Source: an uncultured bacterium (GTDB taxonomy: Bacteria > Fidelibacterota > Marinisomatia > SCGC-AAA003-L08 > JACNLC01). From it: a stretch of 51,533 nucleotides of DNA. A program made the position numbers and the translations under genes. Shown here in pieces: positions 9,710 through 19,506 of the stretch (position 1 is its first letter; each line of letters opens with the position of its first letter). Where the stretch lies: positions 1 to 51,533 of the forward strand of contig CAZSJY010000004.1 in NCBI GenBank assembly GCA_964607375.1, read 5' to 3'. The notes under the pieces are model-generated. The model made no database searches. It was not told the origin of the DNA and saw nothing but the letters and a program-made list of their open reading frames with translations.

Positions 9710-10728
9710 TTTACTTCCCAGGTGTGTCCTTCGTTGAATAGCTTATCAATACTACCATTCCCTTTTTGTAATTTAGCATTATCAATTTGTTCCAATAACA
9801 TTTCTTCATAAGAAGATTTATCTTCGCGATATAAAATTCCAATAGGTGTTGGGAATTCATCTTCATAGGTAAGCTCACTCAATAGAAGTCCTTGTATTTT
9901 ATTGGTTTCATTGTGAACTAATACATCGGAAATTTTGTATTTATCACCAATACTAACTACTTTAAGCTTTGAACCAACAAGACATAATGCTTTATCTCTG
10001 TCTTTGCCAAACAACATTGGTTCTCCGTGCTCTAACATAAGAACATTTTCTTGTTTTTCTTTCTTTTTAGTTAGATTTGAAAATGCACCGTTGTTAAAAA
10101 TCACACAATTTTGGTAAATCTCTACAAAAGAAGTTCCTTTATGTGCATAGGCAGATTTCATAAGTTCCTGGAGATGTTTTTGCTCCATATCAATTCCTCT
10201 GGCAATAAAGGTACCAGCTGCACCAAGTGCTAATTGTGGAGGATTAAATGGATAATCAACGGTTCCCATTGGTGATGATTTTGTCCGTTTACCAAGTTCT
10301 GTAGTAGGAGAATATTGTCCCTTTGTTAAACCATAAATTCGATTGTTAAACATCAGAATATTGATGTCTAAATTTCTTCGTAGAATGTGAATAAAGTGAT
10401 TTCCACCAATTGCCATCGCATCTCCATCACCAGTAATCATCCAAACTGATAAATCCGGATTTGATAGTTTTGCACCTGATGCTAGTGCTGGTGCACGACC
10501 ATGGATGCTGTGAAATCCGAATGTATCCATGTAGTATGGAAAACGACTTGAACAACCTATCCCTGATACTACCAGAAATTTCTCTTTTGGGATTCCAAGT
10601 TGAGGAAAAACTTTTTGAACTTGAGATAAAATTGCATAATCACCACAGCCAGGACACCAACGAACTTCCTGTCCAGATATAAAATCTTTTTTTGTAAGAG
10701 GTTCTTCTAAATTTTTGTAATTACTCAT
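9706..10728 (-). CDS. korB: 2-oxoacid:ferredoxin oxidoreductase beta subunit
   Basis: WCPGCGD, SGIGCS, GDGD..NN TPP motif, YGLTKGQYSPT. Confidence 0.92.
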   Translation of the reverse strand: MSNYKNLEEPLTKKDFISGQEVRWCPGCGDYAILSQVQKVFPQLGIPKEKFLVVSGIGCSSRFPYYMDTFGFHSIHGRAPALASGAKLSNPDLSVWMITGDGDAMAIGGNHFIHILRRNLDINILMFNNRIYGLTKGQYSPTTELGKRTKSSPMGTVDYPFNPPQLALGAAGTFIARGIDMEQKHLQELMKSAYAHKGTSFVEIYQNCVIFNNGAFSNLTKKKEKQENVLMLEHGEPMLFGKDRDKALCLVGSKLKVVSIGDKYKISDVLVHNETNKIQGLLLSELTYEDEFPTPIGILYREDKSSYEEMLLEQIDNAKLQKGNGSIDKLFNEGHTWEVK

Positions 10729-10734
10729 TTGTCG

Positions 10735-12585
10735 TTATCCCTTCAGAACTTCTTGTAATTTATCATAGATTTCAGTGACTGTTAATGGTCTTCCTTGAAT
10801 TATATTTAATCCTTCAGAATTAACTAGATATTTTGCCCTAATTATATTTTTCAGTTGACCAGAATTAACTTCCGGAATAAGAATATTCTTAAATCCTTTA
10901 AGTAACGAACCAAGATTTTTTGGAAATGGATTCAAGTACATTAGATGTATATGTGATACTTTTTGTCCATTTTTAATACACTGTTTTACAGCAGTTCGAA
11001 TTGCACCATAAGTACTTCCCCAACCGAGAACTAGTAAATCACCTGTCTCATTACCCAAAGGTTTAATTAACGGAATATTTTCAGCGATGATATCCACTTT
11101 TTTCTGCCTGAGTTCGGTCATATATTGATGATTGTCAGCTTCATAGTTAACATTTCCACTACCTTCAGTTTTTTCCAAACCGCCAATTCTGTGTTCCAAG
11201 CCCTTTGTCCCTGGTATTCCCCAAGGTCTGGCTAAAGTAGTTTTATCATGAGAAAACGGTAAAAAGTTTTCTGGATCAGTAGTTTGATGTGTTTTAATGG
11301 GTTGAAGTTCTTCAAAGTTTGGAATTAACCAAGGTTCAGAACCATTTCCGAGATACCCATCGGTTAATAGAATAACTGGAATCATATGTTCTAAGGCAAT
11401 TCTACTCGCTTCGTAAGCTGCTTCAAAACAATGAGCAGGGGTCGATGCAGAAACAACCGGAACAGGTGTTTCTCCATTTCTACCAAACATTGCTTGATAT
11501 AAATCAGATTGCTCAGTTTTGGTTGGTAATCCTGTTGATGGTCCACCGCGTTGAACATTTACAATTACCATTGGAATTTCAGCAGAAACAGCTAAAGTAA
11601 GTGCTTCTGTTTTGAGAGCCATCCCCGGACCACTTGTTGCAGTAACAGCAAAACTTCCAGCATAAGCTGCTCCAATTGTGCTAACAACACCTGCTATCTC
11701 GTCTTCAGCTTGAAATGTTTTTACTCCAAAGTTCTTATACGATGCTAAATAATGCAAAATATCGCTAGCAGGAGTAATAGGATATCCACCATAAAACAAC
11801 TCAAGTTCTGCTTTCTCAGATGCTGCAAGTAATCCAAAAGTTATTGCCTGATTTCCCATTACATTTCTGTAAGTGCCCTCTTTGAATTTTGCTTTAGGAA
11901 CTCTATATGATGTTCTAATTATCTCAAGTGTTTCACCATAATTATAACCAGCTTTTAATGCGCGTGTATTTGATTCTATAACATCTGGTCTATTTGTAAA
12001 TTTATTTTTTAGAAATTTGATTGTGGATTCAATGTTTCTATCATACAGCCAATACAAAAATCCCAAAGCAAACATATTAGTACTTCTGTTGACAATTTTA
12101 GGGGATAATCCTATATTACCAACTGCATCGGCAACTAATTGCGTCATATCGACTTTGATTAATCGATAATTGTTTAATGATTTATCCATTAGTGGATTAT
12201 CAATCCACCCAGCAAGTTTTAAATTCTTCTTTGTGAAACCAGCTGTGTTTACCAATAGAATACCGTGATCTCTCAAATCTTTTAGATGGACCTTCATAGC
12301 AGCAGGATTCATCGCAACTAGAACATCCAATTTATCGCCAGGGGTGTGAATATCTAAACTGCTAAACTGAATCTGAAATGAGCTTACTCCGGCAAGTGTA
12401 CCTGCTGGTGCTCGTATTTCCGATGGGTAGTCAGGAAAAGTAGATAAGTCATTTCCTACAATAGCAGTATTATCAGAGAATTGCGTACCTGTCAGTTGCA
12501 TTCCGTCTCCGGAATCCCCAGCAAATCTTATAGTTACAACTTCAAGATTTTCTCTCCGCTGGGAACTGTTGTCCACATCATTCAT
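10735..12585 (-). CDS. korA: 2-oxoacid:acceptor oxidoreductase alpha subunit (gamma-alpha fusion)
   Basis: AGDSGDGMQLTG, YPITPAS, QAEDEI, QRGGPSTGLPT. Confidence 0.92.
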   Translation of the reverse strand: MNDVDNSSQRRENLEVVTIRFAGDSGDGMQLTGTQFSDNTAIVGNDLSTFPDYPSEIRAPAGTLAGVSSFQIQFSSLDIHTPGDKLDVLVAMNPAAMKVHLKDLRDHGILLVNTAGFTKKNLKLAGWIDNPLMDKSLNNYRLIKVDMTQLVADAVGNIGLSPKIVNRSTNMFALGFLYWLYDRNIESTIKFLKNKFTNRPDVIESNTRALKAGYNYGETLEIIRTSYRVPKAKFKEGTYRNVMGNQAITFGLLAASEKAELELFYGGYPITPASDILHYLASYKNFGVKTFQAEDEIAGVVSTIGAAYAGSFAVTATSGPGMALKTEALTLAVSAEIPMVIVNVQRGGPSTGLPTKTEQSDLYQAMFGRNGETPVPVVSASTPAHCFEAAYEASRIALEHMIPVILLTDGYLGNGSEPWLIPNFEELQPIKTHQTTDPENFLPFSHDKTTLARPWGIPGTKGLEHRIGGLEKTEGSGNVNYEADNHQYMTELRQKKVDIIAENIPLIKPLGNETGDLLVLGWGSTYGAIRTAVKQCIKNGQKVSHIHLMYLNPFPKNLGSLLKGFKNILIPEVNSGQLKNIIRAKYLVNSEGLNIIQGRPLTVTEIYDKLQEVLKG

Positions 12586-13008
12586 AGTTTGTTTTCTCAA
12601 ATTTCTATTTAATTATGGTGTTTATTTGTAAATGTTACTTATTTACAAGCAAGCAAAATTACCTTGCATTATGTGATTATAACAAAATCAAATTTTAGCT
12701 TATCCAATTAATTGTTGCTTTGGGAAAACAGTAATCATAAAATTGTTCATAACTAAGAATTTAGATGAAGTATTTTGTTTATTGTTACAAATTTTCATAA
12801 CAATAACTGACCAAAATAGTATTTTGGGTTAAAACCTACATTATAAATAACTGTGTAAGTATGCGACTAAATTACCATTGTGTAAATAACATCTGCACAA
12901 GTGTCATATTGATTTAGATAAATACTTTATCTCTTCATCAAAATTATTGTAAACTTGCGAGGTCTCACGGGGAAGTATTTGACTAAAACAATAAACTTAG
13001 GAAATATT

Positions 13009-15054
13009 ATGTCACACATTAATAATAATCCATTTTTACATGAAAGTAATTTACCATATAATGTAGTTCCATTTGATAAAATAGAAACTGATCACTTTAT
13101 ACCAGCGATACAAGAAAAAATGGCAATCGCTAGGAGCAATATAGAACAAATTAAAAACAATTCCGATGAACCTAATTTTGAAAACACAATATTAGCTTTG
13201 GAAACTTGTTCAGAAGATTTGGGTACGATCGTTGAAACTTATTTCAATCTATATAGTGCTGAATCAGACGGCAAATTTAAGGAATTAGCACAACAAATCT
13301 CTCCTATGATGGCTGATTTTAGTAACAATATTATTTTAGATGAAACTCTATATAAAAAGGTTAAAGAAGTCTATGATTCAATGGCTTCTTCCGATTTGAC
13401 AAATGAACAGATACGATTAACCGAAAAAAAATATCTTGGATTTGTTAGAAATGGGGCTAACCTAGATGAAACTAAAAAAACTAGACTAAGGACTCTGAAT
13501 CAAGAATTATCCAAATTAGGTCCACAATATTCTAAGAATTTGCTTGATGCCACAAACGATTTTGAGCTTCATATTACCGATAAGAGTAAATTATCAGGAA
13601 TTCCTGAAATTGCGTTATCTTCAGCCGAGAATATTGCAAAGCAAAAAGGTAAAGATGGGGGCTGGTTGTTTACACTTCAAATGCCGAGTTGGCTACCAAT
13701 TGTTAAATATGCTGAGAATCGTAAACTCCGGGAGACTATTTTAAAGGAACTTGGGACATTAGCAGTTGATGGGAAATTTGACAATAGCAATATTCTAAAG
13801 AGAATAGCAAAACTAAAGCACGAAAAAGCTGTACTTCTAGGTTTTAACTCTCACGCAGATTATACACTTCAAGAACGGATGGCAGAAAAGACCGAAGCTG
13901 TAATGGACTTTTTAAGTACTGTAAAATCCACAGCTATAGCAACAGCAAAAAAAGATGTTGAAGAAGTTAGACTACTTGCAAAAGAATTAGATGGAATTGA
14001 TGATTTTAGTTCTTGGGATTTTTCATACTACTCAGAAAAATTAAAACAAAAGAAGTTCGATTATGATGGAGAAAAACTAAGACCATATTTTAAAATTGAA
14101 AATGTATTCGATGGAATATTTACAATTGCTTACAAATTGTATGGATTAAATTTCAAGAAATTATCTGAAATTCCTGTATATCACCCTGATGTAACTGTCT
14201 ATGAAGTCAAAAATGAAAATGGTAAATTTGTTGGTCTATTATATATGGACATGTTCCCGAGAGAAACCAAACGTAACGGAGCATGGATGACTACTTTCAG
14301 AGGTCAAGGACTCTATAAGGGTGAAGTTATCAGACCCCATGTATCTATTGTTACCAATTTAACTCCATCCACACAGGATAAACCTTCTTTGTTAGACATG
14401 TCAGAAGTTAGGACTATTTTCCATGAATTTGGACATGCATTACATGGATTGTTGTCAGATTGCACTTACCAATCACTCGCAAGTCCGAATGTATTTTGGG
14501 ATTTTGTTGAGTTACCATCTCAAATTATGGAGAACTGGCTCTTAGAAAAGGAAGCACTCGATATTTTTGCAAAGCATTATGAGACTGGTGATTCAATTCC
14601 ACAAGAACAAATCGAAAAAATCAAAAAGGTTCAACATTTTAATGCGGGCTATCAAAGTATTCGACAGATTACGCTTGGTCTGATAGATATGGCTTGGCAT
14701 ACACAGGATACCTCCTTTGTTGAAAGTATTACTGATTTTGAGAACTCTATTGTTGAAGAATTGAGGTTATTACCAAGGATAGAAGGAGCTAATACTTCAT
14801 GTAGCTTTGCTCATATTTTCGGAGGAGGATATTCTGCTGGTTATTATTCTTACAAATGGGCTGAAGTACTGGATGCAGATGCTTTTGAGTATTTTAAAGA
14901 AAATGGAATTTTCAACAGGGATGTTGCTAATTCGTTCAACAACAATATTTTATCAAAAGGAAATACTGACCATCCAATGGACTTATATATAAAATTCCGA
15001 GGTAAAAAACCAGACCCTAATGCACTTTTTAGGAGAGATGGGTTTATTAGATAG
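13009..15054 (+). CDS. M3 family peptidase (peptidyl-dipeptidase Dcp / oligopeptidase A-like), no signal peptide seen
   Basis: FHEFGHALH, WDFVELPSQ, GYSAGYYSYKWAEVLDAD, NNPFL start. Confidence 0.92.
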   Translation: MSHINNNPFLHESNLPYNVVPFDKIETDHFIPAIQEKMAIARSNIEQIKNNSDEPNFENTILALETCSEDLGTIVETYFNLYSAESDGKFKELAQQISPMMADFSNNIILDETLYKKVKEVYDSMASSDLTNEQIRLTEKKYLGFVRNGANLDETKKTRLRTLNQELSKLGPQYSKNLLDATNDFELHITDKSKLSGIPEIALSSAENIAKQKGKDGGWLFTLQMPSWLPIVKYAENRKLRETILKELGTLAVDGKFDNSNILKRIAKLKHEKAVLLGFNSHADYTLQERMAEKTEAVMDFLSTVKSTAIATAKKDVEEVRLLAKELDGIDDFSSWDFSYYSEKLKQKKFDYDGEKLRPYFKIENVFDGIFTIAYKLYGLNFKKLSEIPVYHPDVTVYEVKNENGKFVGLLYMDMFPRETKRNGAWMTTFRGQGLYKGEVIRPHVSIVTNLTPSTQDKPSLLDMSEVRTIFHEFGHALHGLLSDCTYQSLASPNVFWDFVELPSQIMENWLLEKEALDIFAKHYETGDSIPQEQIEKIKKVQHFNAGYQSIRQITLGLIDMAWHTQDTSFVESITDFENSIVEELRLLPRIEGANTSCSFAHIFGGGYSAGYYSYKWAEVLDADAFEYFKENGIFNRDVANSFNNNILSKGNTDHPMDLYIKFRGKKPDPNALFRRDGFIR

Positions 15055-15590
15055 TATTGCAATCCAAAAATATTTTCTAAACATTTACTATAGTAATATT
15101 GATTACTTCTGAAACCAGTATGTGTTACTCCTTGTCTTCTAGTACTGACGAACTATTCTATAAAAGGTTGATCATCTTTTTGTAATAAAACTGTATAAGG
15201 TGTATGTTTCCATGTATCCTTCATATTGACAATAGGAGATTTACAAGTACCAAGCCTTCTTGATGCTAATTCGTAAATCCTGCCTAAACATAATAATTCT
15301 AATGAACTAATGTTAATCAGTTTGTCTCAAACTATCTAGCGATAAATTTCCAAAAGGTAATGAAAAATTATATCAAATTGACAATTCATTAGATAGATTT
15401 TGTTCAAATAGAGAAATTCGCAATATTCTTAAATTGGTTGTAAATTACAAAACCTTCCCAGGGTTGTAAAAAACTATATATAATCCAAAAAACGCAAGAA
15501 ATAGAAATTCCTCAGCCAGTACAGAAATGTATGGTAAATGCGATGGTATTTCAGCTTCAGGAGGTTATATTCGTCTTTAATTATTTTTGA

Positions 15591-17861
15591 ATGGTTAAGG
15601 TTATGGCAATAAAAACACAAAAGAAATTGTTTCTATTGATGATTGTATTTTCAGCACTAATAGGACAAACACAAACTGTAATTGGTGAAGGTCTCCTTGG
15701 CCAAGACCTACTTGATTATCTTGTTGAGAATTATAAACCAATAAGCACACTTGGTTATGATAATGCAAGAGAAAAGCTCTATGGTGAAATTGATATACAA
15801 AACGGAAATCAATTAGTAGGAGTTTATTCTGGTTATACAATTACAATTACAGATTTACAAAATCCATTGCCAGAGGTTACCGAACAGGGAATGAATTGCG
15901 AGCATACTTGGCCTCAGAGCTTAGGTTCAAGTGTAGAACCCCAAAAAAGTGATATGCACCATCTCTATCCTACTCGACTTGAAGTTAATTCTTCACGCAA
16001 TAATGCCCCATATTACGAAATTAATGATTATAATACTGATACTTGGTTTAGGAATAACTACTCACAATCTACAATTCCAACAAATTCAATTGAAGAGTAT
16101 AGTGAAAAAGAAAATGATACTCCTGATAAATTTGAACCACGAGAAGACCATAAAGGTAATGCATCCCGTTCTATATTTTATTATTACACAATGTATCAAG
16201 ATGGTGCTGATGAAACATTTTTCAACCAACAGAAGAATACTTTAAAGAACTGGAATTCAATCGATGTAGTTAATCAAAGAGAATATGATAGGACTATGGC
16301 TATCGCTGGATATCAAAATGGGAAACCCAATCCATTTGTTTTGGACTCTACATTAATCAAAAGAATATGGTTTTATGATGAAGTTGAACCAGTCAAAAAT
16401 ATTGTGATTAATGAATTACACTATAATCCAACTCCAGATCAAGGTGCTGATGATGACTACGAATTTTTGGAATTGTTTAATCTAGAAAACGAATCAATAG
16501 ATTTGTTTGGTTATTATTTCTCAGATGGAATTTCTCTATACTTTTCAGAAAATGATATTATCCAAGCCAACAGTTTTGTAGTATTAGCAAAAAATGGTAC
16601 AACTTATTCTAATAGCATTGAGTGGACATCAGGCAACTTAGGAAACTCTGGAGAAACCATTACATTTGTAAATCCAGATGGTCTGGTTGTTGACCAAGTA
16701 AATTATGGAAACTCGAGTCCTTGGCCATCTTCACCGAACGGAGTTGGACCATCATTGGAATTGACTACTGTAGAATCAGATAATAATTCACCATCAAATT
16801 GGCTTGCAAGCTTAGAAGTGGGCGGTACTCCGGGATATCCAAATTCTGTATCAAATAATAATCCATATTTACAGATTAATTTTCCAAATGGTGGAGAGTC
16901 ATTATACATTGGACAAACCACAACTATTGAGTGGATTGCTCATAATATTGATTCTCATATCCGAATTTTGATTTATGAAAATGGTTCTGAAGTAGATACT
17001 ATAGCAACTGTTTTGTCATCACAATTCCAATGGAGTTGGGAAGTATCAGAAACATTGTTCCCATCCAATTTATACAAAATTGTTATTGAGGATAGTTCTA
17101 CTGGAGATGTTTTAGATGAAAGTGATACCAATTTTTCGATATCTAATGAAAACCAACTTGGTAGCGATTTATTAATATCGGAGTACTGTGAAGGATCAGG
17201 GTACAACAAATATCTTGAAATATTTAATCCCACAAATGAAACTATAAGCTTGAATGACTATCAAATATGGAAAATAACAAATGGAGGTGAATGGTACCAA
17301 TACTCTTTATCAATGACAGGAGAAATTGTTTCCAATGATGTTTATGTAATTTACCATAGTGGTGCTGATAATGAAATTGTTCAACAAGGAGATATAACTT
17401 GGACTCAATCCAATTGGAATGGTGATGATGCAATTGGTTTAGCGAAAAATGGAGAATTAATAGATGTAATTGGTACTGATGGAGTTGATCCCGGTAATGG
17501 ATGGAGTGTATCAGGTGTTACAGATGCCACAAAAGATCACACTATTGTTCGCAAACCAGAGGTGCTGGCTGGGGCAACCGATTGGTTGTTATCTTCCGAA
17601 ACTCAGTGGTTTGTTTATCCACAGGATACTTTTGAATATTTGGGATTTCACATAATAGAAACTGACCAATGTGCACAAGTATTATTAGGTGATTATAACT
17701 CTGATGATGTCGTAGATCTACTAGATGTTATTGGGGTTGTAGATGTTATATTGGGAATTGATTCTCCAACAGAAATTCAAGTTTGTGCTTCAGATCTAAA
17801 TCAAAATGAAATGATAGAAATAGTAGATATAGTTCAAATTGTTGATTTAATTCTTGATTGA
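15591..17861 (+). CDS. secreted endonuclease I family nuclease with two lamin-tail domains, an Ig-like domain and a C-terminal dockerin
   Basis: Signal peptide; NCEHTWPQS, SDMHHLYP, N..RNN, GKPNPF; INELHYNP..EFLEL and ISEYCEG..KYLEI; GDYNSDDVVDLLD...SDLNQNEMIEIVDI. Confidence 0.88.
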   Translation: MVKVMAIKTQKKLFLLMIVFSALIGQTQTVIGEGLLGQDLLDYLVENYKPISTLGYDNAREKLYGEIDIQNGNQLVGVYSGYTITITDLQNPLPEVTEQGMNCEHTWPQSLGSSVEPQKSDMHHLYPTRLEVNSSRNNAPYYEINDYNTDTWFRNNYSQSTIPTNSIEEYSEKENDTPDKFEPREDHKGNASRSIFYYYTMYQDGADETFFNQQKNTLKNWNSIDVVNQREYDRTMAIAGYQNGKPNPFVLDSTLIKRIWFYDEVEPVKNIVINELHYNPTPDQGADDDYEFLELFNLENESIDLFGYYFSDGISLYFSENDIIQANSFVVLAKNGTTYSNSIEWTSGNLGNSGETITFVNPDGLVVDQVNYGNSSPWPSSPNGVGPSLELTTVESDNNSPSNWLASLEVGGTPGYPNSVSNNNPYLQINFPNGGESLYIGQTTTIEWIAHNIDSHIRILIYENGSEVDTIATVLSSQFQWSWEVSETLFPSNLYKIVIEDSSTGDVLDESDTNFSISNENQLGSDLLISEYCEGSGYNKYLEIFNPTNETISLNDYQIWKITNGGEWYQYSLSMTGEIVSNDVYVIYHSGADNEIVQQGDITWTQSNWNGDDAIGLAKNGELIDVIGTDGVDPGNGWSVSGVTDATKDHTIVRKPEVLAGATDWLLSSETQWFVYPQDTFEYLGFHIIETDQCAQVLLGDYNSDDVVDLLDVIGVVDVILGIDSPTEIQVCASDLNQNEMIEIVDIVQIVDLILD

Positions 17862-18134
17862 TAATAACTTCCCTATCAACAACTTAGTCTATATAAACGC
17901 TAATGTCCTCAAAAACCAACAATTCTTTCTAATTTTCATTATTGCTGTCCAAGACAAATTAGATTCCGTTTTATATTGATACATTAGTTTTTCAAGCTCG
18001 ACGAGAGTTATTTGTTTTGGACAGATTGGAATGTGGTGAGTTGTAGGTTGTTTAAATTGTGTAATTGGTTGAATAGTTGTAAACTTTATTATGTGTTTTA
18101 TACTATGTCTTATACCAATTTAATGGTGATTAAA

Positions 18135-19166
18135 ATGAAAACTACTAAACGAGTTCTTTATGTATTATTTATTCTATTGATATTATCAGTTGTGTGGGGA
18201 CGGGATTGTATTGATGGTGTTGAAGTGGAGTTATGGGGTGAGTGTTATGATATTGAGGAAACAACTGAGTTGGATTTATCAGTGAGTGGACTCACAGGAG
18301 GAATTCCACCAGAGATAGGGAACCTCACGAATTTAACTGATTTGTCTTTATCTTCTAACCAACTCACAGGCGAGGTCCCACCAGAGATAGGTAACCTGCC
18401 GAATTTAACTTGGTTGAGTTTAGGTTGGAACCAACTCACAGGAGAGGTCCCACAAGAGATTGGGAACCTCGTGAATCTTGAAATTTTGTCTTTATCTTCT
18501 AACCAACTCACAGGCGAGGTCCCAGAAGAGATATGTAGTCTAGCAGGTAGTTACCTTTCATTATATAACAACCAACTTTGTCCGCCATATCCAGGGTGTT
18601 TGGATTTAAGTGATATTGGAGAGCAAGATACATCTGAATGTGAAGATTTTGAATGTGATGATGGTTTTGTAGAATTATGGAATTTCTGTTTTGATATTGA
18701 GACTACTACTGAGTTACATTTATCAAATAGTGGTTTAACAGGAGAGGTCCCACCAGAGATATGTAATCTATCAGGTATTGTCCTTTCATTATCAAACAAC
18801 CAACTTTGTCCGCCATATCCAGAATGTCTATCTGAATATGATATTGGAGAACAAGATACAACCAACTGTTCATCAACATCAATATCTGAACTATCACTTC
18901 CAATTGAATATAATTTACACCAACCATTTCCAAACCCATTTAATCCAACTACTACCATATCATTTACCATTCCCAATTCAGATATGGTGTCAGTTAAAGT
19001 TTACAATATCAATGGACAGTTAGTTGAAACAATGGTTGATGAATATTACAATGTTGGTGAATACACAATCAACTGGAACGGTAATTCACAACCAAGTGGT
19101 GTGTATCTTGTTAGAATGGAAAGTGGTGAGTTTGTTCAAACACAGAAAGTTATATTGCTGAAGTGA
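18135..19166 (+). CDS. secreted protein with plant-type 24-aa leucine-rich repeats in two Cys-capped modules and a C-terminal sorting domain
   Basis: [22 protein letters not shown] repeats; [11 protein letters not shown] caps; [11 protein letters not shown]...SGVYLVR...KVILLK. Confidence 0.9.
   Translation: MKTTKRVLYVLFILLILSVVWGRDCIDGVEVELWGECYDIEETTELDLSVSGLTGGIPPEIGNLTNLTDLSLSSNQLTGEVPPEIGNLPNLTWLSLGWNQLTGEVPQEIGNLVNLEILSLSSNQLTGEVPEEICSLAGSYLSLYNNQLCPPYPGCLDLSDIGEQDTSECEDFECDDGFVELWNFCFDIETTTELHLSNSGLTGEVPPEICNLSGIVLSLSNNQLCPPYPECLSEYDIGEQDTTNCSSTSISELSLPIEYNLHQPFPNPFNPTTTISFTIPNSDMVSVKVYNINGQLVETMVDEYYNVGEYTINWNGNSQPSGVYLVRMESGEFVQTQKVILLK
18341..18524 (+). repeat. identical 40 nt direct repeats inside the LRR gene (18341-18380 and 18485-18524)
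   Basis: TTTGTCTTTATCTTCTAACCAACTCACAGGCGAGGTCCCA twice, 144 nt apart (two LRR units). Confidence 0.9.
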
Positions 19167-19223
19167 TGAGAGATTGTATTAGAATCCTTTGATAAACCAT
19201 TAAAATGGTTAAAACAAACCGAA

Positions 19224-19245
19224 AAATAAACCCATGGGTTTATTT
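19224..19245. other. perfect 22 bp palindrome downstream of the LRR gene (weak terminator or binding site)
   Basis: AAATAAACCCATGGGTTTATTT equals its own reverse complement. Confidence 0.5.
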
Positions 19246-19506
19246 CATCAAGCAGTTTTGGCCATTTACACAAAAAACTTTATATTCCAAAACGGTCTTA
19301 TAGTAATCCTCTCGCGATTATTTACTCATATTCATTCTACGGTTACATTATTTATGAGGTAACTGGCAATCGTTTTGGATAGATATGAACTTTCATAAAT
19401 AGCATAAAGTTTTACTGTGCAATATTGTAGCTAACTAACTTAAATTTAGTGCTGAATTTTTGCAACAAAATTGTGCATTAAACTCAAATTTAGAAAAGGA
19501 GAAAAA

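Noticed and set aside
12601-13008. Rex/FNR-like sites in the korA divergent region
   Set aside because: The ATTGTTA-n10-TAACAAT dyad does not fit either consensus and is not repeated.
15055-15590. Possible decayed minus-strand gene; two GGTTGTAAA motifs
   Set aside because: Only short stop-interrupted frames with no recognisable motif; the 9-mers can arise by chance in AT-rich DNA.
18135-19166. Diversity-generating retroelement target
   Set aside because: No reverse transcriptase or template repeat in the window; differences between repeats are not adenine-specific.
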